The notes under the pieces were generated by a model. It saw only the letters and a program-made list of their open reading frames with translations. It had not been told where the DNA came from and did not search any database. The position numbers and the translations under genes are program-made. DNA of 64,000 nucleotides from an uncultured bacterium (GTDB lineage Bacteria > Verrucomicrobiota > Verrucomicrobiia > Limisphaerales > UBA8199): positions 832,001-896,000 of the forward strand of contig CAVVMW010000021.1 in NCBI GenBank assembly GCA_963749495.1, written 5' to 3'. Shown here piece by piece: positions 43,201 to 52,063 of this stretch (positions are counted from its first letter, which is position 1; the number at the start of each line of letters is the position of its first letter).

Positions 43201-43825
43201 TCGGGAAAGCGGGCTTGGGAACGCCGATCTTCTCACCAATAGCCGTGAGGGTCAAAGCCGGTCCCGGAGACGCATGCTCGCCGACGATCTTCCACTGAAT
43301 CCCGAGGAAGTCTCTTGGAGACCACTGCGGAGCGAGGGAGATGGCGCCAGTCACAGTGTCCCGCCAGCGGCAATGCGACGCGCCCATCGGCATGATGTAG
43401 ATCCCCCCTGCTTGCACGTATGCCGTGATGTTGCTCGAAATGGGTCCGTCTGCCTTTGCTTCGTCCGGATAGCATTCATCCGTCGGGACCAGGATGGCGC
43501 GGCAGGTCCTCAACCGATCGAGGCTCTTGAGCGTCTCGAGCCCGATGACCTCGGCGCGAATCCCGTGGGTCTCGAACAAGCCGACGATGCGGTTGCTCTC
43601 CCAATCGGCTTTCCACGGTTTGACCCAGTTCTCCTGGGATACCAAGCGGTCATCCACGACGCCGACCCGGCCGGGAGCAGCGGCTGAGGATGAGAAGCCC
43701 GCGAGAGGCAAGAGCATCATCGCCGCAAGGATGGGGAGGGACGCATTGTGCAAGCACAGCGGTAGCGCAGACTTCCAAGTCCGTTCGGCTGCGGGCCATG
43801 ACGCGCACCTATTCAGGCAGTGCAT
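40223..43825 (-). CDS. Glycoside hydrolase family 2 (beta-mannosidase-like); start uncertain
   Basis: FDGMDY, HEGMFGG, LWWPNG, RFGIR, YCGGNEF, FVSEW. Confidence 0.88.
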   Translation of the reverse strand: MHCLNRCASWPAAERTWKSALPLCLHNASLPILAAMMLLPLAGFSSSAAAPGRVGVVDDRLVSQENWVKPWKADWESNRIVGLFETHGIRAEVIGLETLKSLDRLRTCRAILVPTDECYPDEAKADGPISSNITAYVQAGGIYIMPMGASHCRWRDTVTGAISLAPQWSPRDFLGIQWKIVGEHASPGPALTLTAIGEKIGVPKPAFPSASTYARAAAPTGLVYASNESKQPCLYANAVGRGVVVHYAGGLPLGPEVRDWLIAAYAAVLKSGPDLKAVRQATVAGSPVFSLIPVAAREQGQISLDGEWELAQAPDDPAGAPGAVQGLAWTPVHMPNTVQHALFQAGKLDNPWYSDNYKKLQWIAQKDWYLRKTVTIPADWQDRQVRLTFDGMDYVGVVWLDGTLLGSHEGMFGGPTFDLTGRLVPGRHELLVELLHETAPQSGLSAVMKSMAVDGSSYQWGNRYRTIGLWRPVRLVSTGQAFLEAPCVRTERLEAGRAVLHAQAMIVNRGAAADGAIRAKIVEQQTGNVVWQAETLQAAPGGESWFERTISLENPKLWWPNGVGEGVQPLYRLDLSLAVNGRETDALSSRFGIRTVELARNPSWPKAPRSRGIAWGEPGSLEWGAMQNPDESYRFLFVVNGVPMYAKGACWLTSDDLLVLSPERERWLLGAAKAAGLNLFRLNGGCNLLETEQFYNLCDEDGILVWQELPFCWHTTTGAAPPAWRDQLTQSVLRLRQHPSLAVYCGGNEFNPYGPGVAPVVNLFREICDGYDNRPFRMSSPGGGTAHAYGPWDIYSADPSWYGTLYDEAYNFVSEWSFDTFAAMSLIKRIVPEAELGNKPIGYDWKAFVQDHPILADRSCELNFVGHYPFNKASWYGDLAKAGLTEFLEYAGMAQADVYGCVFEQWRAQFPYKGGQTVWVYNTIGPSSSWNLIDWFGQPMASYYTSKRAHEAVHVMARTRFRSWGPGDTFRASVLTLSDRKSGERGSIKARILDASLKTAFERTWDVTVGATGKDLLPVAEDLAWDIPADLPESYFFLELTLTGQDGKRLSRQVYWERVLKSLADAEARKRWQAAPVPEPVCTNGPWLKPQLAGCPTTLSLEVRPIGVAGPEARVSAVVRNTGANPAYPVTLSVSPGTCAAIWSDSYFWLAPGESATVEGTVRLDMRGLDPISPTTVIGPKDLKITVGAWNVPTLNPLEK

Positions 43826-43848
43826 AGGAGTGGTGTAGGCCATGCAGG

Positions 43849-44064
43849 GCATCCCAAAGGGATTCCATCTCTCAGCCCAGGGTTGCGCGGAACGCGCTAC
43901 CCTGGGTTGCAGCACAGAATGAGCCGCAACCCTGAAAGGGTTGTATCGAACTGCGGGGCCTGCCGGCTGCAACCCTTTCAGGGTTGAGGTCAATTGTGGC
44001 CGCTCACCCAGGGTAGCGCGTTCCGCGCAACCCTGGGCTGAAAGACCGCATCCTTTCAGGATGC
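43849..44064. repeat. REP-like element (AACCCTGAAAGGGTT type)
   Basis: CAGCCCAGGGTTGCGCGGAACGCGCTACCCTGGG with its inverted copy. Confidence 0.85.
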
Positions 44065-44274
44065 TCGACTGGCGGATGAGTGGTTTCACAACTTTTCCTT
44101 GCGAGTAGAGGCACAGGATATGGGCAAAAGCAAGCATTGTAGCGTTGGGCTATTCTCAAATGTCGCTCCGGGACAAAGCCTACGCCTAGGGCAGATGGCG
44201 CTGGTTTGTCTCGCGTTTTGAAGAAGACTTAACATTCTCAAGAGAATCACACCGTTCCTTACACGGATTACATC

Positions 44275-44800
44275 TCATTGGACCACGAGTTGGCGGGTGC
44301 CTGGGGTGACCTTCGTCTCGAGTTGCCGGCCAGCGGCCAGGACCACCAGTGTGAAATCACCGCCGCTGGTGACAGTCAACCGGCAGGGATCGCCTGGCCC
44401 TTCCCGGCGGTCACAGAGCAAATCGATGGCGAACGAACCCAGCCGGAGGTTCTTTAGCCCATGCTTTTCGGTCCTGGTAATCCGCCAGACAACCCGTTGG
44501 TGCGGGGCATCGATGTCGAAACCGAGGACGTATTCGATGAGGTTGCCAACCGGGCCGATGCCGCCCCAACCTACGAAATCACCGGCCCCGCACCCGAGTA
44601 ATTTGTCCGGAGCCAGGTTTTCCTTGATGGTCTTCTCCGCCTTGAAGGCATCGACGCAGGCTTGGTGATAGCGCACCGCAAGTTCCTGGAGAAAATCCCA
44701 TTGGCCGACGGTCTGGAGGCCTAATTGCACCATGCTTTGGGTAGGCGGCCAAACGGCCCCGCGCCAGTACTGACCGTTTTCCGCATTATAATATAGGGAT
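44275..44800 (-). pseudogene. C-terminal fragment of a GH63/trehalase-like six-hairpin hydrolase
   Basis: YWRGAVWPPT, IKENLAPD, DFVGW; no room for an N-terminus. Confidence 0.7.
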
Positions 44801-44810
44801 GAAGGCGCAA

Positions 44811-47800
44811 TCATTGCAGCAGGAACCGCAGCCGATATTCTTTCATCGGCTCCGGACGCGGAATGACGGCCTTTTCGCCCACGAAATAGTCCCACGGCTT
44901 ATCGTCGAGGAGCACCGCGGCAACGGACCGGCCTTGCGGCGTTCGCGCGTCGACCGCCACTTTCTCGAGCCGCCGCTTGGCCTGATCCCCCTGGGGGGTC
45001 AGGCGGAAACGATAGTCGATGCTCTTTCCGCCGTCTTGTGGAGTCACGGTCAGTTCCAGATTTCCGAAATGAGTCGGAACGTTGCGGAGGTGGAGCGATG
45101 TGGCCCCCTCCTGCCAGCAACGCAGCGTTGCCGGGGTCAACATCAACGTGCCGCCATCCTCGAACACAAACAGGTGGCGGTAGAGGTTGACCCATTGGGC
45201 ATCCGCCCAAAAGTGCGGTTGATCCCCGGCTGAGAAGTTGCGCTTGTTCTCGTAGCCTTCGCCCCAACTGAAGGTCGAGCCGGCCGTGTCCGTGAAGGCA
45301 CAGAAGTAATCCAGCGTTCTGTCGGGCTCGCCGCGCAGGATGTAACTGATGGCCCAGTCCACGCCGATATACGGCCAGCAACCGCCCGCGCCGTCACTGT
45401 GCATGGCGCCGCCCCACTGGTCGGCCATCCGTTCCATCGCGCGGAAAGTGCCCGTGACCATCGGGTCCTGCGCCGCGATGGCGCGAGTGGGCCAGACCAG
45501 CGGTGTGTGCCCCCAAAAACCGTACATCCCCTCGCCCTCTTTCTCGACCCCAAACCAGAGATAGCCCTCGTAGAGGCCGACCCGCTTGAAGGTGCTTCGA
45601 AAGGATCGCCCCAGGCAGGCCTGCAGCTCCTCGGCCTCCCGGCTGAAGGTGCGAGCCTCCTCCTCCCGCCCAAGGGCTTGGGCGGCATCGGCCGCCTCGC
45701 GCAACCCCAGCACCGCCCAGGCATCCATATAGTAATGGTGCATCCCCTTGGTCATGGTGGCGACCTCCATCGCGCCGGGTTCGATCAATCCGTAGCGCGG
45801 GTCATCGGGGTTCTTGACCTCCTGCATGTGCCGGTGCCGGGAGTCGACGATCCATTGGGCCCCGCGCCGGATATAAGGGTAGGCGGTGCCCTCGAGCCAC
45901 GCGCGATCCCCCGAGAGCTTGTAATGCTCCACCAGGCACCAGAGGTTTTGGCCTTGCGCGTCGTACTGCCCGGGCCGCGTCAGCCACAGGCCATTGTCGG
46001 CCATGCCCAACTGGAGCGGTGTCTCGCCGAAGGCGATCGGCCCCTTCGGCACATCCTTGATGTCCGTGCAATAGACCTGCAGCAAACGCCCCGCCAGATC
46101 GTGCAACCCGGCCAGGTCGTAGGCATAGACCACATAGGCCTGATCCCGGTAGGCGAAATCATAGTAAAAGTACGGACTGCAGGCATTGAACCAAACAGCA
46201 TCGCTGATCCTGACGTCGAGGACAGCTCGCGTGGCCAGGCGCGAGAGGTACACGTCCCTCAGCACCGGGTCGGGCGTATCGAAAGCCGCGAGGCGCTGCG
46301 AAAAATGGTCCCGGTACTCGATGACGCGGCGCCAGGAATCCTCCGGCTTGGCCTGCCGCAAGGCCTGGAGCTGTTCCCCGCCAAACTCGGGCACGCCCTC
46401 GCCGGGAAGCACTTTGAGAAACGCATGCGAGTACGAACCCATGGACACGGGCTGGCGGCGGTGAATCGTGGGCACTTTCAACCAGAACGTCTTGCTCTGA
46501 CCGGCCGCCACCGTTCCACCGTAAGCGAGGTCGAGCCGGCAGAGACCAACGTCGCTGGTGTCGTATTCCTGGTTGTACACGCCGCATTCCGGCGTGATGC
46601 CCACATCAATGTGGCGCAAGCAGCGGCCGTTCAACGAACCGGAGTAGATGTCCGCCGGATTGTCAATTCGGGTCCCTTCGGCAAACACATAGATAGCGCT
46701 CAGCCGCGTGTGCCGCATCCGTGAATTTGGGGCCACACCCGCAACGACCTGGATGAAGCCGTCGCCGTCAGTATCGTGACCGCCATTGAATTCCAGGCAA
46801 AGGGGCTGGTTTTTCTGGCGGATATACTCGAACCAATCCAGCCTCTGCGGCGGACAACCTTCCACTTGATATTCGAAGATCAAATCGCCGGCCTGCTTGG
46901 GCTGGGCAAGCAGGTGGTTGATATGCTGCGAGGCAACCAGGCAAACCTTCAGGTTTTGACCGGCGGGCGCCTTTACGCGATAGACCACCGGCACTCCGTC
47001 CATGCCAATGCGCGTGCTGGAAACTGCCTCCTCCACCTGCCCGGGTCCGGCTCCGCAACCGTATGATTTCGCGCGCTTGTCGCACAGCCCCCATTCACGG
47101 GCCGTCAGATGCGTTCCCTGCGGCGCATCCACGATCATGAACGGCGAGGCGCCAATGCCCCTCACCACGCCGGCATCCAGCCGCATATCGGACGGCCCGT
47201 CGAGGCCCGCCAGCAGTCTGCTCTCGAGCGGCTGGGAGGCAGGGTTTTCTACCTCCAGTTTGTAGAGATCAAAGGCCGCGTCCGCGCCTGTGGGAACCGC
47301 CATCACTGAGACCCGATACCGCAACCCTTCATACTCCCAACTGGCCCGGATGGCTGGCAATCGGTTGTTCACCAGGCCGAGCCGGAAGCTCTCGAGCTGG
47401 TCGGGTTTCAGTTCGGTGTCGCCGGCCGCCAGGCGGAAAACCAAGTCATAAAGCGGATAGCGCACGCGCAGGTCACGCCCCATGCAGTTGAAGGCGTTGT
47501 CGCCCGGGGCGCCATAGGCAGTCCATTCGTTGGCCGCGCTGTTCCGGCCGGGCGCCAATTCCTCGAACGAGGTATCGTGCTTGAGTTGGCGCATTTCGCC
47601 GTTCTTTTTGAGCCGGGGCGCGACGTAATGGCCCTTGCCGATGGATGAAAAGAACGCCAGTTCGTCGCGTTTGCCTTGGCCGGCCACGTCCGTAGCGTAA
47701 AGGTCGTGCAGGGCAACGTCGGCAAAGCAGCCCGGTGAACCATCCCAAGGGGAGAGGTACACCTCGTTGATTTCCGCCGTACTCCACCCCAACACGCTCT

Positions 47801-48251
47801 GAATGTCGGCCGCCAAATCCCGTTCGCACGTGGTCCAGGCCAGCGGGATTTTATCGCTCAGGAAGACCTCGACCGTGGGATCGGCTGAGGGAGGCTCGCT
47901 CAAGGAGCCGGCGCCGTAACCCAGGTAGCGGTGCTCGCCCGTTTCCGGGTTGACCATGCCCACTTGGAGGATACACACGTGGCCCGAGGTCTTTTGCCAG
48001 GCCCAACGGACGCTCGTGTGCGGGCCAACGAAAGCGGGTCCGGGCACTCTGAAGCCGCATTGCTGGCCACGGACCTCGAAGGCCGTCTTGCCCGCAGGAG
48101 CGTTGCTCGCCGGCAGGATGGTTCCGGAGGTCAGCAGCGAGGACTGGACCTTCTCCCCGAGCAGCTCGAGGCTATATGGTTTCTGTTCCACGGCAGGCAG
48201 TGTGAGCCTGGCCAGCGACCCGCAAACAATCAACCAACCGTATCGTTTCAT
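44811..48251 (-). CDS. Large secreted protein with a six-hairpin glycosidase-like domain
   Basis: YYDFAYRDQAY, GQYDAQGQNLW..EHY, WGEGY, PHFWA. Confidence 0.75.
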   Translation of the reverse strand: MKRYGWLIVCGSLARLTLPAVEQKPYSLELLGEKVQSSLLTSGTILPASNAPAGKTAFEVRGQQCGFRVPGPAFVGPHTSVRWAWQKTSGHVCILQVGMVNPETGEHRYLGYGAGSLSEPPSADPTVEVFLSDKIPLAWTTCERDLAADIQSVLGWSTAEINEVYLSPWDGSPGCFADVALHDLYATDVAGQGKRDELAFFSSIGKGHYVAPRLKKNGEMRQLKHDTSFEELAPGRNSAANEWTAYGAPGDNAFNCMGRDLRVRYPLYDLVFRLAAGDTELKPDQLESFRLGLVNNRLPAIRASWEYEGLRYRVSVMAVPTGADAAFDLYKLEVENPASQPLESRLLAGLDGPSDMRLDAGVVRGIGASPFMIVDAPQGTHLTAREWGLCDKRAKSYGCGAGPGQVEEAVSSTRIGMDGVPVVYRVKAPAGQNLKVCLVASQHINHLLAQPKQAGDLIFEYQVEGCPPQRLDWFEYIRQKNQPLCLEFNGGHDTDGDGFIQVVAGVAPNSRMRHTRLSAIYVFAEGTRIDNPADIYSGSLNGRCLRHIDVGITPECGVYNQEYDTSDVGLCRLDLAYGGTVAAGQSKTFWLKVPTIHRRQPVSMGSYSHAFLKVLPGEGVPEFGGEQLQALRQAKPEDSWRRVIEYRDHFSQRLAAFDTPDPVLRDVYLSRLATRAVLDVRISDAVWFNACSPYFYYDFAYRDQAYVVYAYDLAGLHDLAGRLLQVYCTDIKDVPKGPIAFGETPLQLGMADNGLWLTRPGQYDAQGQNLWCLVEHYKLSGDRAWLEGTAYPYIRRGAQWIVDSRHRHMQEVKNPDDPRYGLIEPGAMEVATMTKGMHHYYMDAWAVLGLREAADAAQALGREEEARTFSREAEELQACLGRSFRSTFKRVGLYEGYLWFGVEKEGEGMYGFWGHTPLVWPTRAIAAQDPMVTGTFRAMERMADQWGGAMHSDGAGGCWPYIGVDWAISYILRGEPDRTLDYFCAFTDTAGSTFSWGEGYENKRNFSAGDQPHFWADAQWVNLYRHLFVFEDGGTLMLTPATLRCWQEGATSLHLRNVPTHFGNLELTVTPQDGGKSIDYRFRLTPQGDQAKRRLEKVAVDARTPQGRSVAAVLLDDKPWDYFVGEKAVIPRPEPMKEYRLRFLLQ

Positions 48252-48352
48252 AGTTCAGATGGAGTCGAATACAGAGTGCAGTTAAGAGTGAGCATCTCAT
48301 CCGCCATTCCGATGCTGCCACCAGATAATGCCGGTCAAACGGATGGATGCGT

Positions 48353-51025
48353 TCAATCTTGGGGGTGCAGCCACGCCGGCAAGCCCGCCCCGCGCAGGAT
48401 CGCTCGGAACTTGTCGATCTCGGCCGGCGTAAATTGCGCATTTTCGATCTTTCGCGTGGTGGCTAACGCCTCTGGATCGATCTCCGGCACGACGCGGCTG
48501 GAGTCGAATGGCCGGCCGGTGAACGCCGCCAGCACCTGCTGGCACAGGCCATCGAAATCAGGTGCCTGCCGGGCCGCCAGAGGTTGCTCCACGATCGCAT
48601 CGAGCGCCCGCTCCGCCTTTTCGGCCTCGAGGATGACCCTCGGCGGCTTCTTGATGTCAGCGCCTCCGGTCAGCGATACCCACTTCAACTTCAGAGCACG
48701 ATCAACCTGCCTGACTTGGGCGCGGAGGTTGATGGCCTGCTGAAGCGTGACTGCCTGGATGAACGTGCCAGCTTTTTGGAGGTGGATACTGTTTTCACTT
48801 CTCGTGGGGAGCGGGCGTGTCAGCGTGACGGTCGTCACCCGCTGCCGGCGATCCCAGGTCCAACCCTCACCCCCCAGGTCCGCGTCGAGCGGGTCGAGTG
48901 GGCGGCCGTTGACTGCGACGCCCGCCGGCTTGAGCAAGCCGTGCACGCGCACGACGTAACGGCGGGCCTCGAGCTTGCCCTGGAAAGTGCCCTTGAGCGG
49001 AGCGATGCGCAGCAAGTAATCATCCTTGGTCTCGGTTGGGCCGAACGTGAAAAGGGTCCAACCGAACTTGCCGTCGCGGTAATCCAGCGAGCGGCCGTCG
49101 TCCTCGTACATCTCGAACTTCGCCCCGGAGGCGCCGCTGTAAATATCGAGCGTCAGCGGATCGAGCGGCTTTTGCTCCGTGTAGTCCATCTTCGGCGCCA
49201 GGGGGAGAATCGAGCCGGCCCGCACGAACAACGGCATTCGCTCGATGGGACATTCATGAATGAGGTTCTGGCCGCCGGCGTAAATATCGCCGGTAAAATA
49301 GTCGAACCAATACTCGTCTTGGGGCAGATAGAGCTCCTGCCGGGCCGGCTTGCCCTCGGTGGAGTGCACCACGGGCGCCACCAGCAATTCCTGGCCGAAC
49401 AGGTACTGCCGCGGGTGGCTGTAGGCGAGCTCCTGGTTGGGATACTCCACGTAGGTCCCGCGCACCAGTGGAAGCCCGGTCTCATGAGCGATGCGCGAGT
49501 AGGTATAGGTATAGGGGATTAACGCGTACCGCAATCCGACAAACGTGCGGTAGGTCTCCACCCCCTCCGGGCCATATTCCCAGGGCAGCCGCAGACCCCA
49601 GAGGCCGTGAAACCAGAGAATGGGGCTCAAGGCGCCGAACTGAACCCAACGACGGTAGAGTTCGACGGGGAGGTTTACGTTGCCGACACCGCCGCACAGG
49701 TTGTTCATATAGGTGACGAGCATATTTGCGCCCTGGACGGTAGCGGGCACAATCTCCTTGAGGCAGGCCCACTCGCCAGGAAGGTCGCCCGTGAAGAACG
49801 CGCCGTACCGGTGCGAGCCCCAGACGCCAAGCCGGCAGAAATCAAACGCGCGCTGCCCGGTGATCCGCTCCGTGCCCTCGTACTCGATCTCCCGCGTCCA
49901 AAGCATCGGGTCCAGGCCCGGCATGGCGGCCCCGGCGCAGCCGTCCTGCCACCAGAATGCCATTCCCATATCCAGGGCCGGCTTGTGCAGGAGATCCATG
50001 AAGAGCCGGGCGTATTTCGGGTTGGCCAAGTCGTGGCCGATCTCTTTGGTCTCGACCGGCAGGCCCAGGGCTTGGCGGATCGTTTCAAAGTTGCTGTCGT
50101 TATCCCGGGTCAGGGCGCCGTAGTGCTCATTGACCGTGGCCTTGACGCCCTGCTGGCGCAACCACTGGAAAAAACCCTTCGGATCCGGCATCTGCTCCGC
50201 GTCCCAGTCATAGCCAGCCCAGATGACCTTGGTGGTGGAATCCGAATCGAGCACGATCATGTCCAAGGGCAGAGACTCCTCGCGGAACCGCTTCACGATC
50301 ATCTTCCATTCCAGGTCCGAATAACCGGCTCGGGAGCCAAACCAGGCGCCGAAGATATATCGCGGGACCATCGGGCTCGAACCAATGAGCTTGGTCAGTT
50401 CCTCCAATCCGTGCCTATAGTCCTGGCCATAGACCAGGAAATACCAATCTTGGCTCTCCCCGCCGGGCCTGGGTTTGACCCAACCGGCAGCCTTATTTCG
50501 CAACGCCGTGTGGCTGTCATCCAGCAGAAAATACCCGTTGCGGCTCAGCGGGCCGGCGTTCGTGACGGGCGTTACCAGTCCCGCCATGTCTCCCGGCACG
50601 CCACCGAGGTTCTTGTCGTCCTTGTCACCGGGTCGCCAACTGCGCTCCGCTGTTCCGTCGCTCCAACTGATCTGGAGGTTTTGCGCGCCAAAGGCACCCG
50701 AGCCTGGCTGGTAACGCACAACCACTTTCCCGGTCCGGAACGTCAGCCAGCCTGCCGCCTCTTCGCTGGCGCAGGTCACCGGCAGCCATTTCTCGCGGTT
50801 GATGACCGAAATGCTCAAGTCATCCACGAACTGGCCGGAGGGCGCATACTCCAACCGAACCAAGGCTGGGGAGAGCGCCGAAAACCGCGCCTTGCCGCTG
50901 GTGACGGTTCTCAGGTTGGGCGTTTGGGCTTGACTGGAGCCGACGCTCAGGAAAAGCGCGGTCAGGCAGAAGACCGCCCGCCGCCCGACGACGAGAGGAT
51001 GCCGTGTATGAGGGTTCCTTTTCAT
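48353..51025 (-). CDS. Glycoside hydrolase family 31, secreted
   Basis: AFWWQD nucleophile, FTGD, ELYRRWVQFG, MPLFVRAGSI, YEDDG. Confidence 0.93.
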   Translation of the reverse strand: MKRNPHTRHPLVVGRRAVFCLTALFLSVGSSQAQTPNLRTVTSGKARFSALSPALVRLEYAPSGQFVDDLSISVINREKWLPVTCASEEAAGWLTFRTGKVVVRYQPGSGAFGAQNLQISWSDGTAERSWRPGDKDDKNLGGVPGDMAGLVTPVTNAGPLSRNGYFLLDDSHTALRNKAAGWVKPRPGGESQDWYFLVYGQDYRHGLEELTKLIGSSPMVPRYIFGAWFGSRAGYSDLEWKMIVKRFREESLPLDMIVLDSDSTTKVIWAGYDWDAEQMPDPKGFFQWLRQQGVKATVNEHYGALTRDNDSNFETIRQALGLPVETKEIGHDLANPKYARLFMDLLHKPALDMGMAFWWQDGCAGAAMPGLDPMLWTREIEYEGTERITGQRAFDFCRLGVWGSHRYGAFFTGDLPGEWACLKEIVPATVQGANMLVTYMNNLCGGVGNVNLPVELYRRWVQFGALSPILWFHGLWGLRLPWEYGPEGVETYRTFVGLRYALIPYTYTYSRIAHETGLPLVRGTYVEYPNQELAYSHPRQYLFGQELLVAPVVHSTEGKPARQELYLPQDEYWFDYFTGDIYAGGQNLIHECPIERMPLFVRAGSILPLAPKMDYTEQKPLDPLTLDIYSGASGAKFEMYEDDGRSLDYRDGKFGWTLFTFGPTETKDDYLLRIAPLKGTFQGKLEARRYVVRVHGLLKPAGVAVNGRPLDPLDADLGGEGWTWDRRQRVTTVTLTRPLPTRSENSIHLQKAGTFIQAVTLQQAINLRAQVRQVDRALKLKWVSLTGGADIKKPPRVILEAEKAERALDAIVEQPLAARQAPDFDGLCQQVLAAFTGRPFDSSRVVPEIDPEALATTRKIENAQFTPAEIDKFRAILRGAGLPAWLHPQD

Positions 51026-51047
51026 TTATTGTGAATGGCCTCCTAAC

Positions 51048-51905
51048 TCAACGCTTGGCTGAGGTCCGGATGGTTATCCAGTTTATATCGTTCCCTTGCG
51101 GGTCCTTGATGGCATGGCAGTACCAGTCTTGCTGCATAATCGGCTGGCCGGTGGTCGCCCCATCCCGCCACTTGTGGATTTCGGAATGGCCGTCGGCAAA
51201 GCTAAAACCGCACGCCTGGTTATGGTAACTGGCGGGCACGTCGGCCCACGACTGGAACTTGCCGGTCGGGCCCATATCCTCCCAGTAGAGTGGAAGCATG
51301 CAGCCGTCATTGATGCTGTTCGGATGCTCGTCGACCAGGAGCCAGAGCAAGGACGGCGATGGGGCCGTGATGTCGCCCATCCTGCGGTAGGCGCGGTAGC
51401 GGGGCAGGAGAGCGTCGTCCGTGCCTGCGTAATGGCCTCCGCTCACCATTCCTTCGACACACCCGTTCATCGCCACGCTCCGCACGCGCAACATCGGCAC
51501 CCCGCCCTCCGGCGCCCTGGATGGGTCCGCCGGGCATTTGTAAATGCCGGTCGAGTGGTTCGAATACGGACCCAGTTGTGACTTTTGCAGTAGCAGCACA
51601 TTCGTATTATCCGTATTAGCCGACGAAAAGTCCAACCAGCCCGCGACCCAGGCATTGAGATCGCTGGGAAAGGGATTGCGCACCAGGTTATCGGCATAGT
51701 CGCCGGCATACATGATCCAGGCGATGGTCAGTTGCTTGGTGTTGTTCATGCACGCAATCCCCTGTGTCTTCGTTTTCGCCTTGGCCAAGGTCGGCAACAG
51801 CAGGCTGGCCAGGATGGCAATGATGGCAATGACGACCAACAGTTCGATCAACGTAAAGCCTCCCTTGAACGGAAGCGACCTCTTACTCGGAAGCGTTAGC
51901 TTCAT
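51048..51905 (-). CDS. Prepilin-type N-methylation domain protein with H-X9-DG motif
   Basis: [45 protein letters not shown]. Confidence 0.93.
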   Translation of the reverse strand: MKLTLPSKRSLPFKGGFTLIELLVVIAIIAILASLLLPTLAKAKTKTQGIACMNNTKQLTIAWIMYAGDYADNLVRNPFPSDLNAWVAGWLDFSSANTDNTNVLLLQKSQLGPYSNHSTGIYKCPADPSRAPEGGVPMLRVRSVAMNGCVEGMVSGGHYAGTDDALLPRYRAYRRMGDITAPSPSLLWLLVDEHPNSINDGCMLPLYWEDMGPTGKFQSWADVPASYHNQACGFSFADGHSEIHKWRDGATTGQPIMQQDWYCHAIKDPQGNDINWITIRTSAKR

Positions 51906-52063
51906 GCTTCATACCTCAAAATCCGGCTGTGAAACCCGGCCCCATCGGCTGGCCAGCGCCAGGCCACGGCGCCTCCTGCGGGCCCTGGCAAATCCTGCGG
52001 GAGGCGGCGTTGCCGCTGTTTGCTCGTGACTCTGACTCACAAAACGGTTATACGCGCCGGCCA

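Noticed and set aside
43826..44137. N-terminal extension of GH2
   Set aside because: Read-through of a REP palindrome; a signal-like segment lies downstream.
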